From the NCBI GenBank assembly GCA_044222185.1, contig JBGANV010000004.1, forward strand, positions 160,001 to 224,000: a DNA stretch of 64,000 nt. The letters run 5' to 3'. The notes under the pieces are model-generated. The model was not told the DNA's origin. It did no database searches and saw nothing but the letters and a program-made list of their open reading frames with translations. This DNA comes from Planctomycetota bacterium (GTDB lineage Bacteria > Planctomycetota > GCA-002687715 > CAIWVZ01). Shown piece after piece: positions 40,844-50,335 of the stretch (position 1 is the stretch's first letter; each line of letters starts with the position of its first letter). A program made the position numbers and the translations under genes.

Positions 40844-43396
40844 TCACTGGACGGGCGCAGCGAGGGCGCTGCGCGTTCGGGGCCGCCGGAGGAGCGATCC
40901 CACGAGGAGCGCCCCAGCGCCGGATGCGATCAGGAGGTCTCGCCGCCATCCGGGCGGCCGGAACCGCAGGCGAAGCCGCTGTGCTCCCTCGCCGACTGCG
41001 ATGGCGCGAAGTGCCACGTCGGCCCGGAGTACGGGCAGGGCCTGCTCGTCGCCGTTCGGAAACGTGGACGTGCACGTCCAGCCCGGCATGTACGAGTCCG
41101 AAACCACGACCCACCCCCGCGGGCCCGGTCCGACGTCGATCGTGAGATCGCCCGCCAGCGATGCCGCCACGTCGACCGCGCGTGCGACCGGTGGCTCGTC
41201 CGTCGCGTCCTCCGTGCCGGACGAAGCCGGCGGTAGCAGGACGACGTTCCGCGGATCGACGGCGCTTCGCCGCAGCATCGACGCTGCAGCCTCGTCGGTT
41301 GCGTGGCGGGCGCTGCGTGCGAACCACGCCCGGGGCAGCACGGATCCCGTCTCGTAGATCCACAGGTCGGCGTTCGACGTGCCCACGGGAGGATGCACGA
41401 GGCGCAGATCGGCCGACGGCATGGGGCGCGCCGCGACGAGGTAGCGGACGCGCGTGAGCGCCAGGATCGGTGAGTCCGCGTTGGCCAGGGCCACCCCCGT
41501 GATCCCCGACTCACGCTGCACCGCGGCGACACCGTCCCACAGCGCGAGCCACCATCGGGGAATCAACTCGCGGTAGCCCTGCGCGTCGGCGAGTCCGCGA
41601 ACGATGCCCAGGTTGGGCACCAGCAGCGAGTCCTTGTCGGTGAATGCCGCCTCCGCCGTTTCACTGACCCGCATGAACCGATCGGGGCCGAGATGTTCGC
41701 GAAGCCAAGTCAGTCCCGGCGTGTCGGTGAAGATCCCCTGGCGCGACACGGGAAGCGTGACCGGTACGAAGCAGGCCGCGAGTTCCACGGCCACGGCCAT
41801 GGGCGCGACTCGGGATATCCAGGCGCGCCTCGCGGGCCCGGCGGACTTGTCGCGCATCAGCCACCACGCACAGATCGTGGCGAGCGAGACCGCGAGGAGG
41901 TCGGCTCGCAGGTCTTCCAGCGGCGTGCGGATGACAGGTTCGTAGATCTCCAGGGGCTTGGACGGATCGAGCCCGAACTGCGCGTCGGCGCCGGCTGCGC
42001 GGAGTGCGCGAAGTGCGAGGAGGCCGCAGCTCCCGGGCGCGGCGAATGAGGCGATCGCGCCGATGCCGGAGGCGATCGCCACGATCATTGCGAGGACGCG
42101 GACGCTCGGGAGGATCCAACGGCGCCGACGATCGGCTGCGGGCTCCAGGATGTGATCGAGTCCGAAGGCGGCGAGCGCGGGTATGGCAACGCATACGAGA
42201 GCGACGCCGCGCGCCGGTGCCCCCACCGCGAAGACCGGGAGCGAACCGCACGCGCGGATGACGGCCTGGGGGCAGGACCACGCGACGCCGACGGCGCCCA
42301 TGCACACGATCGCGACCGCCTGGGGACTTCGCGTCGACATCATCCCCACGAGCGCCAGGACGAGGACGACGACTCCGCAGAAGACGGTGCGCTCGCTCCA
42401 GTTCACGATGCCCGGCGGCGTCATCGCGGGACCTTCGCCGAGCGCGATGCGCACGGCCGGCTGGTCGGGCCAGTGACCCGGACGCATGGGGCTTCCGAGC
42501 GTCCGCGGCATGGCGAGTCCGGTCCAGGCTGCCGGGCGAAATCGGCCGTCGACCAACGCATCGATGGATGGAGATCCGCGGGCCGTGGCTTCGCGGACAT
42601 CGAGCGTCGTCCCGAGCTGCGGCATGGCCAGGGCGACTCCCAGCGCGCAATGGCCCGCGGCCAACGCGAGCCTCGAGCCACCGGTTCGCCTGTCCGTCGA
42701 CGGCTGGACGGCGGCGATCCACCGCACCAGTCCATAGATGCCGACGGCCGCCGTGCCCAGGATCGCGAGCTGCGGAAAGCCCGCGAGCCACATGAGCGCC
42801 GTTGCCGCAGCGAGAGCCGGCTGGTTCCAGCGCGAGCGACCGCCGAGGATCCCCTCGAGGAAGAACAGTGCGACGGGCAACCACGCAGCCGTCGCCACGA
42901 TGGGTGTGTTCTGGATGTGCGCCGCCATCCAACCCGAGAGCATGAAGCCGAGCCCGGCCATCGACGCCGCGGGACCGGAGCGACCACATCGGAGCAGGAA
43001 TCCCATGAGGCCGAGCCCTGCGATCAGGGCATGGAGCGCCGCATCCACGACCAGCGAGTCCTCGAGTGGGACGAGCAGCAGCAGCCAGTTCACGGGGTAG
43101 AAGACGCCGGTGAGCGGGTTGGCTGCGTGCGAGAGCCCGCCGAGGATTCCGTCGTTCCACAGGGGCAGCCGACCGTCCCGGAGTTCCCGGCGGAAATACC
43201 ACCGGTCCGGGTAGATCAGGTTGACCTTGTCGTTGATCGAGTAGTTGAAGGGCTGCGACCCTGCTTCGACTGCCGGCACGCGCGTCCACGGGATGTCGTG
43301 TGCCGACGGATGCCGGGGGAGGAACACCCTGTCGGTCCCGATCACCAACGTCACGCCCGTGGCGGCGACCAGGATCAGCGGAATCGCGCATTTCAT
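40844..43396 (-). CDS. YfhO-family (GT-C fold) membrane glycosyltransferase-like protein
   Basis: GRLPLWNDGILGGLSHAANP...FYPVNW, many TM helices, LPRAWF, VVSDSYMPGW, LRAIAVGEG...LRFRP. Confidence 0.85.
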   Translation of the reverse strand: MKCAIPLILVAATGVTLVIGTDRVFLPRHPSAHDIPWTRVPAVEAGSQPFNYSINDKVNLIYPDRWYFRRELRDGRLPLWNDGILGGLSHAANPLTGVFYPVNWLLLLVPLEDSLVVDAALHALIAGLGLMGFLLRCGRSGPAASMAGLGFMLSGWMAAHIQNTPIVATAAWLPVALFFLEGILGGRSRWNQPALAAATALMWLAGFPQLAILGTAAVGIYGLVRWIAAVQPSTDRRTGGSRLALAAGHCALGVALAMPQLGTTLDVREATARGSPSIDALVDGRFRPAAWTGLAMPRTLGSPMRPGHWPDQPAVRIALGEGPAMTPPGIVNWSERTVFCGVVVLVLALVGMMSTRSPQAVAIVCMGAVGVAWSCPQAVIRACGSLPVFAVGAPARGVALVCVAIPALAAFGLDHILEPAADRRRRWILPSVRVLAMIVAIASGIGAIASFAAPGSCGLLALRALRAAGADAQFGLDPSKPLEIYEPVIRTPLEDLRADLLAVSLATICAWWLMRDKSAGPARRAWISRVAPMAVAVELAACFVPVTLPVSRQGIFTDTPGLTWLREHLGPDRFMRVSETAEAAFTDKDSLLVPNLGIVRGLADAQGYRELIPRWWLALWDGVAAVQRESGITGVALANADSPILALTRVRYLVAARPMPSADLRLVHPPVGTSNADLWIYETGSVLPRAWFARSARHATDEAAASMLRRSAVDPRNVVLLPPASSGTEDATDEPPVARAVDVAASLAGDLTIDVGPGPRGWVVVSDSYMPGWTCTSTFPNGDEQALPVLRADVALRAIAVGEGAQRLRLRFRPPGWRRDLLIASGAGALLVGSLLRRPRTRSALAAPVQ

Positions 43397-43474
43397 GCCG
43401 CGCGAGACATTACCCTATGCCCGTCGATCCGGCGCGGTTGGCGCCGCCGCATCCCCACCGGATTGAACTCGGCC

Positions 43475-44557
43475 ATGCAGGACCCAATCGTCGAATCCGT
43501 GCGCGCGCACGAGGCGTTTCCGGCCGAGATCGGGGCCATCCAGTGCTCCCGATGGCTGAAGCGCGGGTCGCTGTGCACGACGCTCGCGCTGAATGTCCGC
43601 CGCGGGCGGGCGGTGCTGAAGCACTTCCCATTCGACCTCGGGGTCTCGATTCCGCAGGCGGCGGATCCGCGGATCCGGTCGTTGCCAAGCTGGCTCGCGG
43701 TGCCTCCGTACTTCTCCTCGATGTCGGAGCGGCTGCGGCGTGCGGCGAACGGAATCGGTGACGCCGCCCCGAACGTCCTCGGGGAAGGCGTGGTGGCGGA
43801 CGGTGCGCGCTTCGTCGTCTTGTCGTGGATCGAGGGCGAGACGATGGATACCTGCGTCCAACGTGAGCGGTCTTGCGGGCGATCGATCTCGGCGGGTCTC
43901 GGCGCGTTGGCGCGGGTGCTTCACGCCGCGAACCCGGCGACGGACGACGGCGGTCGTTCCTGGGATTCGCTCGTCGCCGAGTGGCTCCACGCGGTGGTCG
44001 ACGGACTGCCCGGGCTCGCCGTCGGCGCGAGCGATCGGTGGCGCATGCGTGTCGCCGTCGAAACGATCGCAGCGCGTCTCGGTGGCATGGACCCGGGGCC
44101 TCGCGTGCTCGTGCACGGCGACCTGAACCCGAGCAACGTCATCGTGGATCCGAACGGCGCGATCACCGGGCTCATCGACTTCGAGCTGGCATGCGATGCT
44201 CCCGCGTCCGTCGACTTCCGCTTCCTCGACGCTCTGGATGCGGACGCATTCCTCGACGGCTACGGCGTGGCCGCGGCGCGCCGCAGCGACGCGCGGTGGC
44301 TCGGCGTCGTTCACGACCTGTTGTGGCAGGGCATCGCCATGTTGACCGCGTCGCGCTGCACTCCGTTGGACCTGGGCGCCGACTACTGGACTCCGTACGT
44401 GGCGCAGTTCGCCTACCTGATGGGAGTCGCAGCTCACGAGCCGCTGCGGCTCGGCCAGGAGGCGCGACGCCTGGCGTTTCACCGCCGGTGTCTCCGCCGG
44501 TGCGGGACCCGCATCGCGCGGGCAATCGCCACTCAGAGCGGCCGCGTGACGTCGTAG
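43475..44557 (+). CDS. Aminoglycoside-phosphotransferase-like (APH/choline kinase fold) kinase
   Basis: AVLK, LVHGDLNPSNVIV, GLIDFE; start taken at ATG 43475. Confidence 0.8.
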   Translation: MQDPIVESVRAHEAFPAEIGAIQCSRWLKRGSLCTTLALNVRRGRAVLKHFPFDLGVSIPQAADPRIRSLPSWLAVPPYFSSMSERLRRAANGIGDAAPNVLGEGVVADGARFVVLSWIEGETMDTCVQRERSCGRSISAGLGALARVLHAANPATDDGGRSWDSLVAEWLHAVVDGLPGLAVGASDRWRMRVAVETIAARLGGMDPGPRVLVHGDLNPSNVIVDPNGAITGLIDFELACDAPASVDFRFLDALDADAFLDGYGVAAARRSDARWLGVVHDLLWQGIAMLTASRCTPLDLGADYWTPYVAQFAYLMGVAAHEPLRLGQEARRLAFHRRCLRRCGTRIARAIATQSGRVTS

Positions 44558-45339
44558 GTGTGGTAGCCGCCCGATCCACCGCGGGCGTGGAACACCCACG
44601 TATCCTCCGCGATCCTGCAGGAGAGTCCGCGCTCGGTGAACCACGTCTCCCAGCTGCGGCGCTTCGAATGGAAATCGTCGAACGCAGACAGGTAGTCGCG
44701 CAGCGTCGCGAGGTGCTCGACGCCCGTGAGGAGGCAGAAGCCGCTGGGCGCGCCGCTGCGGGAGCGGCCCGAGAACGCATGCTGGACCCGGGAGGCATAG
44801 CGCACGATCCGTTCGAGGCTCGGTGCCGGTGCGCCGGCTCTCGCACCGCGTGAGCCCGCGTGCTCGGCGATCGCCGGGAACTCGTCCGGGATCACGACCG
44901 TAGGGTGCGGAGCAGAACGCAGGTGGCCGCGGAGTCGTGCCAACCAGCCGGGTGTGGTGATCACGTCGCTGTTCAGGAGGCAGATGGCGTCGTCCGATTC
45001 GCTCACGCGATCGAGCCCGACGAGGCTCCCTCGTGCCCAACCGGCGTTGTCATCGCGACGCACGACGACGAGTCGCGGATCCGCCGCGGCCGTACGTTCG
45101 AGCCACTCCCGCGTTTCGTCGGTGCTGCCGTTGTCGACGACGAGCAACCGGTACGCCGTGTCCGTGAAGCGGAGTATCGACTCGATCGCGGGCCGCGTCG
45201 TCGTCTCCAGGTGATTCCACGCCACGAGGACGATCGCGGTGGTCGGAGCGGCGAGACCGGGTCGGCCCGGCGGCGCGGCAGCGGTCCTGCCGCGCTCACC
45301 CGCGCCGCTGCCGCCGCTGCCGCCCTCGATTCCGTTCAC
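44533..45339 (-). CDS. Glycosyltransferase family 2
   Basis: IVLVAWN, VVDNGSTDET, NAGWARG, LLNSDVITTPGWL, SGFCLL, VFHARGGS. Confidence 0.88.
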   Translation of the reverse strand: MNGIEGGSGGSGAGERGRTAAAPPGRPGLAAPTTAIVLVAWNHLETTTRPAIESILRFTDTAYRLLVVDNGSTDETREWLERTAAADPRLVVVRRDDNAGWARGSLVGLDRVSESDDAICLLNSDVITTPGWLARLRGHLRSAPHPTVVIPDEFPAIAEHAGSRGARAGAPAPSLERIVRYASRVQHAFSGRSRSGAPSGFCLLTGVEHLATLRDYLSAFDDFHSKRRSWETWFTERGLSCRIAEDTWVFHARGGSGGYHTYDVTRPL

Positions 45340-45394
45340 GGCGCCGGCTCCGACGCCGTGCCGGCGGAAGCCTCGAACGGGGCGGCGCCCTGGC

Positions 45395-46423
45395 TCACGG
45401 CAGGATCGTCGACGTGAACTGATCCGCGATGCTGAAGTGGGAGAGGGTCGCCTGATCGACGAGTCCGACCGCGAAGTACAGCGTCAGGCCGACGTACTGC
45501 TGATCGTTGGGAATCGTGACCGGCACGGTCACGATCTCATTCGGCGCGAGGAAGTACGTGGAGATGATCGCGTAGAACGGGGAGCCGACCGGCAGAGTCA
45601 CCCCGCCGGAGATCGTCGGGCCCGGCGTCGTCGAGAAGACGAGGCAGCCGTAGCAGCCCGTGCCACCGGACTCGACGAACGTCACGGTGTTGCCGATGCG
45701 GGGCTCGCCCACCATCCATCCACCAGCCGCGCACGAGGTCGTGGTGCCGATCGTTCCGCTGCCGCCCTGGGCGCCCGCCTGGAACTTGAACGCGCCCGTC
45801 GTGCGCATGCTGCCCGGAGGATTCACCGAAAGCGAGTGCGAGAACGCCGTGTTCGTGAGCGTCGACACTCCCGGTCCGTCGATGTGGAGGACGAAGGTCG
45901 CCGGTCCGATGACCCACGACCCTGGAGGCGCGCCGATCGTGTCCGCCGCCGGGTTGGAGATCCCGCCGTGGATGTTGGGACGCGTCAGGCTGAAACCGAA
46001 CGCCCCGAAGCAGCCGAAGGTCACGTTGTTGTTGCCGTCGCGATTGTCCACGTCGACGTTCAGGGCGAACGCCGGCGCTGCGCCGCCCGAACCCGTCTGC
46101 GAGACGAGAGTCACGGCGGAGACGGCGAGGTACGGCAGGTTGCCGTAGATGTGCGTGATGATCGGATTCTGGACGCCGACGGTGACCGGCGAGGTGTTGC
46201 TCACGACGAGCGTGAGGTTCTGTGAAACGTGGTCGTAGGAATACGAGAGCGTTCCCGTGGCGACCGTGCCGTCGCTCAAGGTCGGGGGGTTGGCGCCGCC
46301 CTGACAGCCGTTGGAGCCGAGGCCGCCAATGCTGCCGACGTCGGCCTGTGCGAGGAGGGGTGATCCGGCTGCGAGGATGAACCCGAGCGCGGCCAACGAG
46401 GTGAGGGGTCGCTTCGATGACAT
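45395..46423 (-). CDS. Secreted beta-rich protein with C-terminal beta domain
   Basis: Signal peptide; ends GEPRIGNTV...VPVTIPNDQQYVGLTLYFAVGLVD...FSIADQFTSTILP. Confidence 0.75.
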   Translation of the reverse strand: MSSKRPLTSLAALGFILAAGSPLLAQADVGSIGGLGSNGCQGGANPPTLSDGTVATGTLSYSYDHVSQNLTLVVSNTSPVTVGVQNPIITHIYGNLPYLAVSAVTLVSQTGSGGAAPAFALNVDVDNRDGNNNVTFGCFGAFGFSLTRPNIHGGISNPAADTIGAPPGSWVIGPATFVLHIDGPGVSTLTNTAFSHSLSVNPPGSMRTTGAFKFQAGAQGGSGTIGTTTSCAAGGWMVGEPRIGNTVTFVESGGTGCYGCLVFSTTPGPTISGGVTLPVGSPFYAIISTYFLAPNEIVTVPVTIPNDQQYVGLTLYFAVGLVDQATLSHFSIADQFTSTILP

Positions 46424-46540
46424 CGACGATTGCTCCGTTCAGGTGTGCGTGTCGGACACGCGAGGGTTTGTCCAAGCGCTGGCTCCGTTGCCCGCGCCCG
46501 CTCTCGTTCTGGGGCGCGAACCTATCTCAATGGAAAGCCG

Positions 46541-46714
46541 GCACGAAAGGGGCTGTTGAATTTTCGGACGTGCTGCCAGCGGCCGGTCCCGCCGGGCTGA
46601 ACACGAATCCATCCATTCGTGCTCAGGAAGTGCCTGGGGAGCCCGCAAGCGGGTCGAAGGCCCGGAGGAACGCGGCGCTGCAGGCACGTTTGCCATCGCC
46701 GGACCCTTTCGTGC
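46541..46714. ncRNA. Candidate structured RNA / long imperfect branched hairpin between divergent genes
   Basis: Nested complementary segments read by eye: 46541-51/46704-14 (11 bp perfect), 46566-73/46684-91, 46577-81/46676-80, 46592-97/46660-65, with two apical hairpins. Confidence 0.35.
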
Positions 46715-46811
46715 GTCGTGCCCGGTCGACGTGGTCGATTGACTGCGGGCGACGTCGGTCCTTTAATCGTGCGTCGATGACGCACCACGGCCGAGCACGC
46801 CAGACATCCCG

Positions 46812-48371
46812 ATGAGCAGGGGCACCGGTGAAGCACGCACGGCCCGCGATCGACCCACGCGCATTGGGTTCGTGAATCTGCACGCGCGTACGGACAACTG
46901 GCCGCACATGGTCATGGTGCCGCAGGGAATCATGGCGCTTTCCGCCGCCGTGAAACGTGCCTTTCCAACGGACGTCGACGTCCGGCTCCACGACATGACG
47001 TTGACGGAGGGCGGCGTCTCGTTGGAGACCGAGGTCGAGCGATTCCTTCGCGAATTCGATCCGGACATCGTCGGGATCCGGGGATTCACCTGTCAGGCGG
47101 CCGAGTTTCCAGTCGTCGCGGCTCTCGCGAAACGAAGGCGTCCCGACGTCGTCGTGATCGCCGGCGGTCCGCACGCCAGCACGAAGTCGCGGACGCTCTT
47201 CGACGAGCCGGCCATCGACTTCGTCGTGCCGTTCGAGGGCGACGTCACCTTCGTCGAACTCGTCGCGGCGCTTCGCGACGGGACGGATCCCACCTCGGTT
47301 CCAGGCGTCGCGTGGGACGACGGCGGGGTCACCCGCGAAGCTCCGCCAAGGCCGCTGATCCAGGACCTCGATGCCCTGCCCTTCCCCGACTACTCCATCA
47401 TCGACCTCGATCGCTACCAGGGTCCGTGCACGATGACGGGGCTTTGGCCCCGCGGGCGATACTCGTCGATCTTCACGTCGCGGGGTTGCCACTACCAGTG
47501 CGCGTACTGCCACGACAACTTCGGCAAGCGTGTCCGATATCGCTCCGTCGACGACGTGATCGACGAGATGGCCTGGCTGATCGACACCCACGGCGTCACC
47601 GAGTTCCAGATCATCGACGACATCTTCAACGCGGACGAAGAGCGTGCGATCCGGATCTTCGACAGGATCGTGCGCGCGGGTTGGAAGATCCACCTGGCGT
47701 TTCCCAACGGCTTGCGCGGGGACGTCATGACCGAGCCGTTCGTCGCAGCGGCGCGGGCGGCTGGGGCGTATTACTGGGGTCTGGCAGTGGAGTCGGCGTC
47801 GCCGCGCATCCAGAAGCTCGTGAAGAAGTTCAACAAGCTCGACCGACTCGCAGAGAGCATCGCGATGTCGCGCCGCTACGGCGTGCTCACGGCGACGTTC
47901 AACATGCTGGGCTTCCCCACGGAAACTCCGCAGGAGATGGAGGCGACGATCCGCTTCAATCTGGAGACGAAGCCGCACATCGCGTGGTTCTTCCTCGTGA
48001 TGCCGTTCGAGGGGACGACGTTGCACGAGATCGTGAGCGATGCCGCGCTGCCGACTCCGGACCGCGGCGCCGTCCTCACGTTCTCCAACTATTTCGAGGA
48101 TGGCCACCCGTGGTTCACGACCATCAGCCGCCCGGACATCCAGCAGGTGATCGTGGAGGCGTACCGCCGCGTGTACTTCGAGCCCGAGCGCATGGCGCAG
48201 TACGCCGACCTCATCACGCACGGGCACGACCCGGCGCAGCTCCTCGAGTTCATCGAGAACCGCTTGCGAGCGACGGGGCTCGATCGCACGACGGTCTCGC
48301 CGGAGGTCCTGGTGCACATTCGGCGCCTGGAACTCGCGAAGGTTGCCGCGCGTGAGGCGGTGAGCCGCTGA
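46812..48371 (+). CDS. Cobalamin-dependent radical SAM protein
   Basis: N-terminal B12-binding domain (PDIVGI, AGGPHAS, EGD); TSRGCHYQCAYC (CxxxCxxC); IDDIFN, GFPTET. Confidence 0.92.
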   Translation: MSRGTGEARTARDRPTRIGFVNLHARTDNWPHMVMVPQGIMALSAAVKRAFPTDVDVRLHDMTLTEGGVSLETEVERFLREFDPDIVGIRGFTCQAAEFPVVAALAKRRRPDVVVIAGGPHASTKSRTLFDEPAIDFVVPFEGDVTFVELVAALRDGTDPTSVPGVAWDDGGVTREAPPRPLIQDLDALPFPDYSIIDLDRYQGPCTMTGLWPRGRYSSIFTSRGCHYQCAYCHDNFGKRVRYRSVDDVIDEMAWLIDTHGVTEFQIIDDIFNADEERAIRIFDRIVRAGWKIHLAFPNGLRGDVMTEPFVAAARAAGAYYWGLAVESASPRIQKLVKKFNKLDRLAESIAMSRRYGVLTATFNMLGFPTETPQEMEATIRFNLETKPHIAWFFLVMPFEGTTLHEIVSDAALPTPDRGAVLTFSNYFEDGHPWFTTISRPDIQQVIVEAYRRVYFEPERMAQYADLITHGHDPAQLLEFIENRLRATGLDRTTVSPEVLVHIRRLELAKVAAREAVSR

Positions 48372-50300
48372 TCAAGGCGCGCGATCGTCGAAGAGGAGCA
48401 TGCGCCGGGATTCGACGGCCGTGGACTCGTCCGCGGATCGCGCCACGCTCCACGCGATGCCGATGGGGTTCTGGCCGCTCAGGCTCCCCGGCGGAAGTGG
48501 CCAGGCGAACTCCATCCCCGGGGCGAGCGCCCTGCACCCGGAGAGCCGCGCACGCACGGCCAAACCGCTCCTCATCGGGTCGAGTGCCGGTGCCGCATCG
48601 AACGCAAACCGACGTCCGGGGATCTGCAGCCGGATCACCGGATGCGCCGCCGGATCCCGCACCTCGAATGCGAACGACGGCTCGGCGTCCGTGACGCGGA
48701 CGACGGCGAGACGCGCGGGGTCGATCGGGTCGAACGCGGCGCCGGCCCCCGCGGTCGTGTCGTCCTCGAAGACCGTAACGGCTCGCGGCAGGGGTTCAGG
48801 CGTGAAGCGGACGAATCGGATGGCACGAACCGAAGGGTTCATCGACCAGCCTCGGGTTGCGATGACGCGCTCCAGGTCCGGGGCCCACGTCGCCTCCGTG
48901 CCGGTGACGAAAGGGACGACGTCGACCGGCCTCGTGACGAACGGCGGACGCATCGCACGTTCCACGTGTCGGTCGAGACTCGGGGCGCCGACACACTCGG
49001 ATGGAATCCCGAACGCCACGATGGGCGCGCCGACCGGTGCGTTCCACGCCTCGACCAGGAGCGCCTCCCGCACCGCGGTCACCTGATCACCGGCGAGCAC
49101 GTACGCGTGAAGGTTCGTGAGCAGCGCGGCAGCCTGGACGACGACGAGTGCGCCGCACGCGAGCCAGCGGGGCCGATTCCCGGCTGACGCGTCCGAAGGC
49201 GAAGCTCCACACGCCACGAGCGGCGGGATGAGGGCCCAGATGAAGTACGCCGGTCGCGAGTTCAGGAGTGACGGCTCCGAGAAGAACACCCGCAACACCG
49301 GCAGCCACGCGGCGAAGGCCATGGTGATTCCGAGCACCGTGAGGCGCAGGAGAGGCACTCGGAGCTCGCGCGTCGCGGCGAACCGGTGGATCACGCCGAG
49401 TGCCGCCGCCGCCTGAACCACCGCGAATGCCGCGAACACGACGGGGCCCGCGAGCGCCCTGTTCAGCGGCGCGAGCACCATGAGGACCGTTGTCGGGAGC
49501 CGCTCGAACACGTGCAGGTCGCGCGCGTAGTCGTCGAGGCTGGTCCACCCCGCGTAGTTCGTGCCGATCGCGCGGCCGAAGATGCACTCGCGCAGGACGA
49601 AGTACCCCGCAAGCCCGATCGCAGACAGCGCGCCGATGGCCGTCGCGTCGCGGAGGCGCGACGAGCCCGCGTGGTCGCGCGGTGCGACGGCGGCGGCGAT
49701 CGTCAGGACGAGCGGAAGGAGCACCGCCTGCTCGCGGCACAGAAATGCGGCCCAGCCCGCGACGACGGCCGTCGCGAGGGTCGAGCGCCGCCGATCGAGG
49801 ACCCAGGCAAGCGTGCGTTCGACCGAAACGAGGCTGAACGTCAGGGCGAGCACCAGGCTCTGTTGGATGATCCAGCTCGTGGCTTCGATCTGCCCGGGCG
49901 CGAGAGCGAACAGGACGCCGGCCAGGACGCCCGCGCGACGACGACCGGGGCCGCAGAGCCGGTCCGTGATCGACCGGACGATGAGCGCGCTGATCGCATG
50001 GAAGACGATGCCATGCACACGGAACGCCACGGCGCTCGGCCCGAACGCCCAGGCGACGAGGCCCCACGACAGAGCCGGGATCGGGCGCCAGAGATCTCCG
50101 CCCTCGTAGGCGGTCGGCCAGACGAGGTGATCGAACCAGCGCGCGACGTCGAGCGAGCCGTCGGCGTGCGTGAGCGTCGCGAGCCAGAAGTCATCCTTCA
50201 GGAAACCGACGCCGAGGGTCGTCAGGTGGGGGAGCACGGCCGCCAGGACGACGGCGCAAGAGCCACGGTCCACGAGCCGGGAGAGTGCGGATGCCTGCAC
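48372..50300 (-). CDS. GT-C fold (ArnT/PMT-like) membrane protein with soluble C-terminal domain
   Basis: GFLKDDFW, WRPI, FHAISALIV, LFALAPGQIEATSWI, REQAVLLP. Confidence 0.7.
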   Translation of the reverse strand: MQASALSRLVDRGSCAVVLAAVLPHLTTLGVGFLKDDFWLATLTHADGSLDVARWFDHLVWPTAYEGGDLWRPIPALSWGLVAWAFGPSAVAFRVHGIVFHAISALIVRSITDRLCGPGRRRAGVLAGVLFALAPGQIEATSWIIQQSLVLALTFSLVSVERTLAWVLDRRRSTLATAVVAGWAAFLCREQAVLLPLVLTIAAAVAPRDHAGSSRLRDATAIGALSAIGLAGYFVLRECIFGRAIGTNYAGWTSLDDYARDLHVFERLPTTVLMVLAPLNRALAGPVVFAAFAVVQAAAALGVIHRFAATRELRVPLLRLTVLGITMAFAAWLPVLRVFFSEPSLLNSRPAYFIWALIPPLVACGASPSDASAGNRPRWLACGALVVVQAAALLTNLHAYVLAGDQVTAVREALLVEAWNAPVGAPIVAFGIPSECVGAPSLDRHVERAMRPPFVTRPVDVVPFVTGTEATWAPDLERVIATRGWSMNPSVRAIRFVRFTPEPLPRAVTVFEDDTTAGAGAAFDPIDPARLAVVRVTDAEPSFAFEVRDPAAHPVIRLQIPGRRFAFDAAPALDPMRSGLAVRARLSGCRALAPGMEFAWPLPPGSLSGQNPIGIAWSVARSADESTAVESRRMLLFDDRAP

Positions 50301-50335
50301 GCGGCGGCGAGTCTACTCGACTCGCGCCGGGGGGG

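Noticed and set aside
43475-44557. Antibiotic-resistance call for the APH-like kinase
   Set aside because: Only the generic HGDxxxxN/DFE fold motifs are present; the context is glycan/envelope genes.
46812-48371. Hopanoid methylase (HpnP/HpnR) or BchE assignment
   Set aside because: Only generic B12 radical SAM motifs are visible; no hopanoid or chlorophyll genes nearby.
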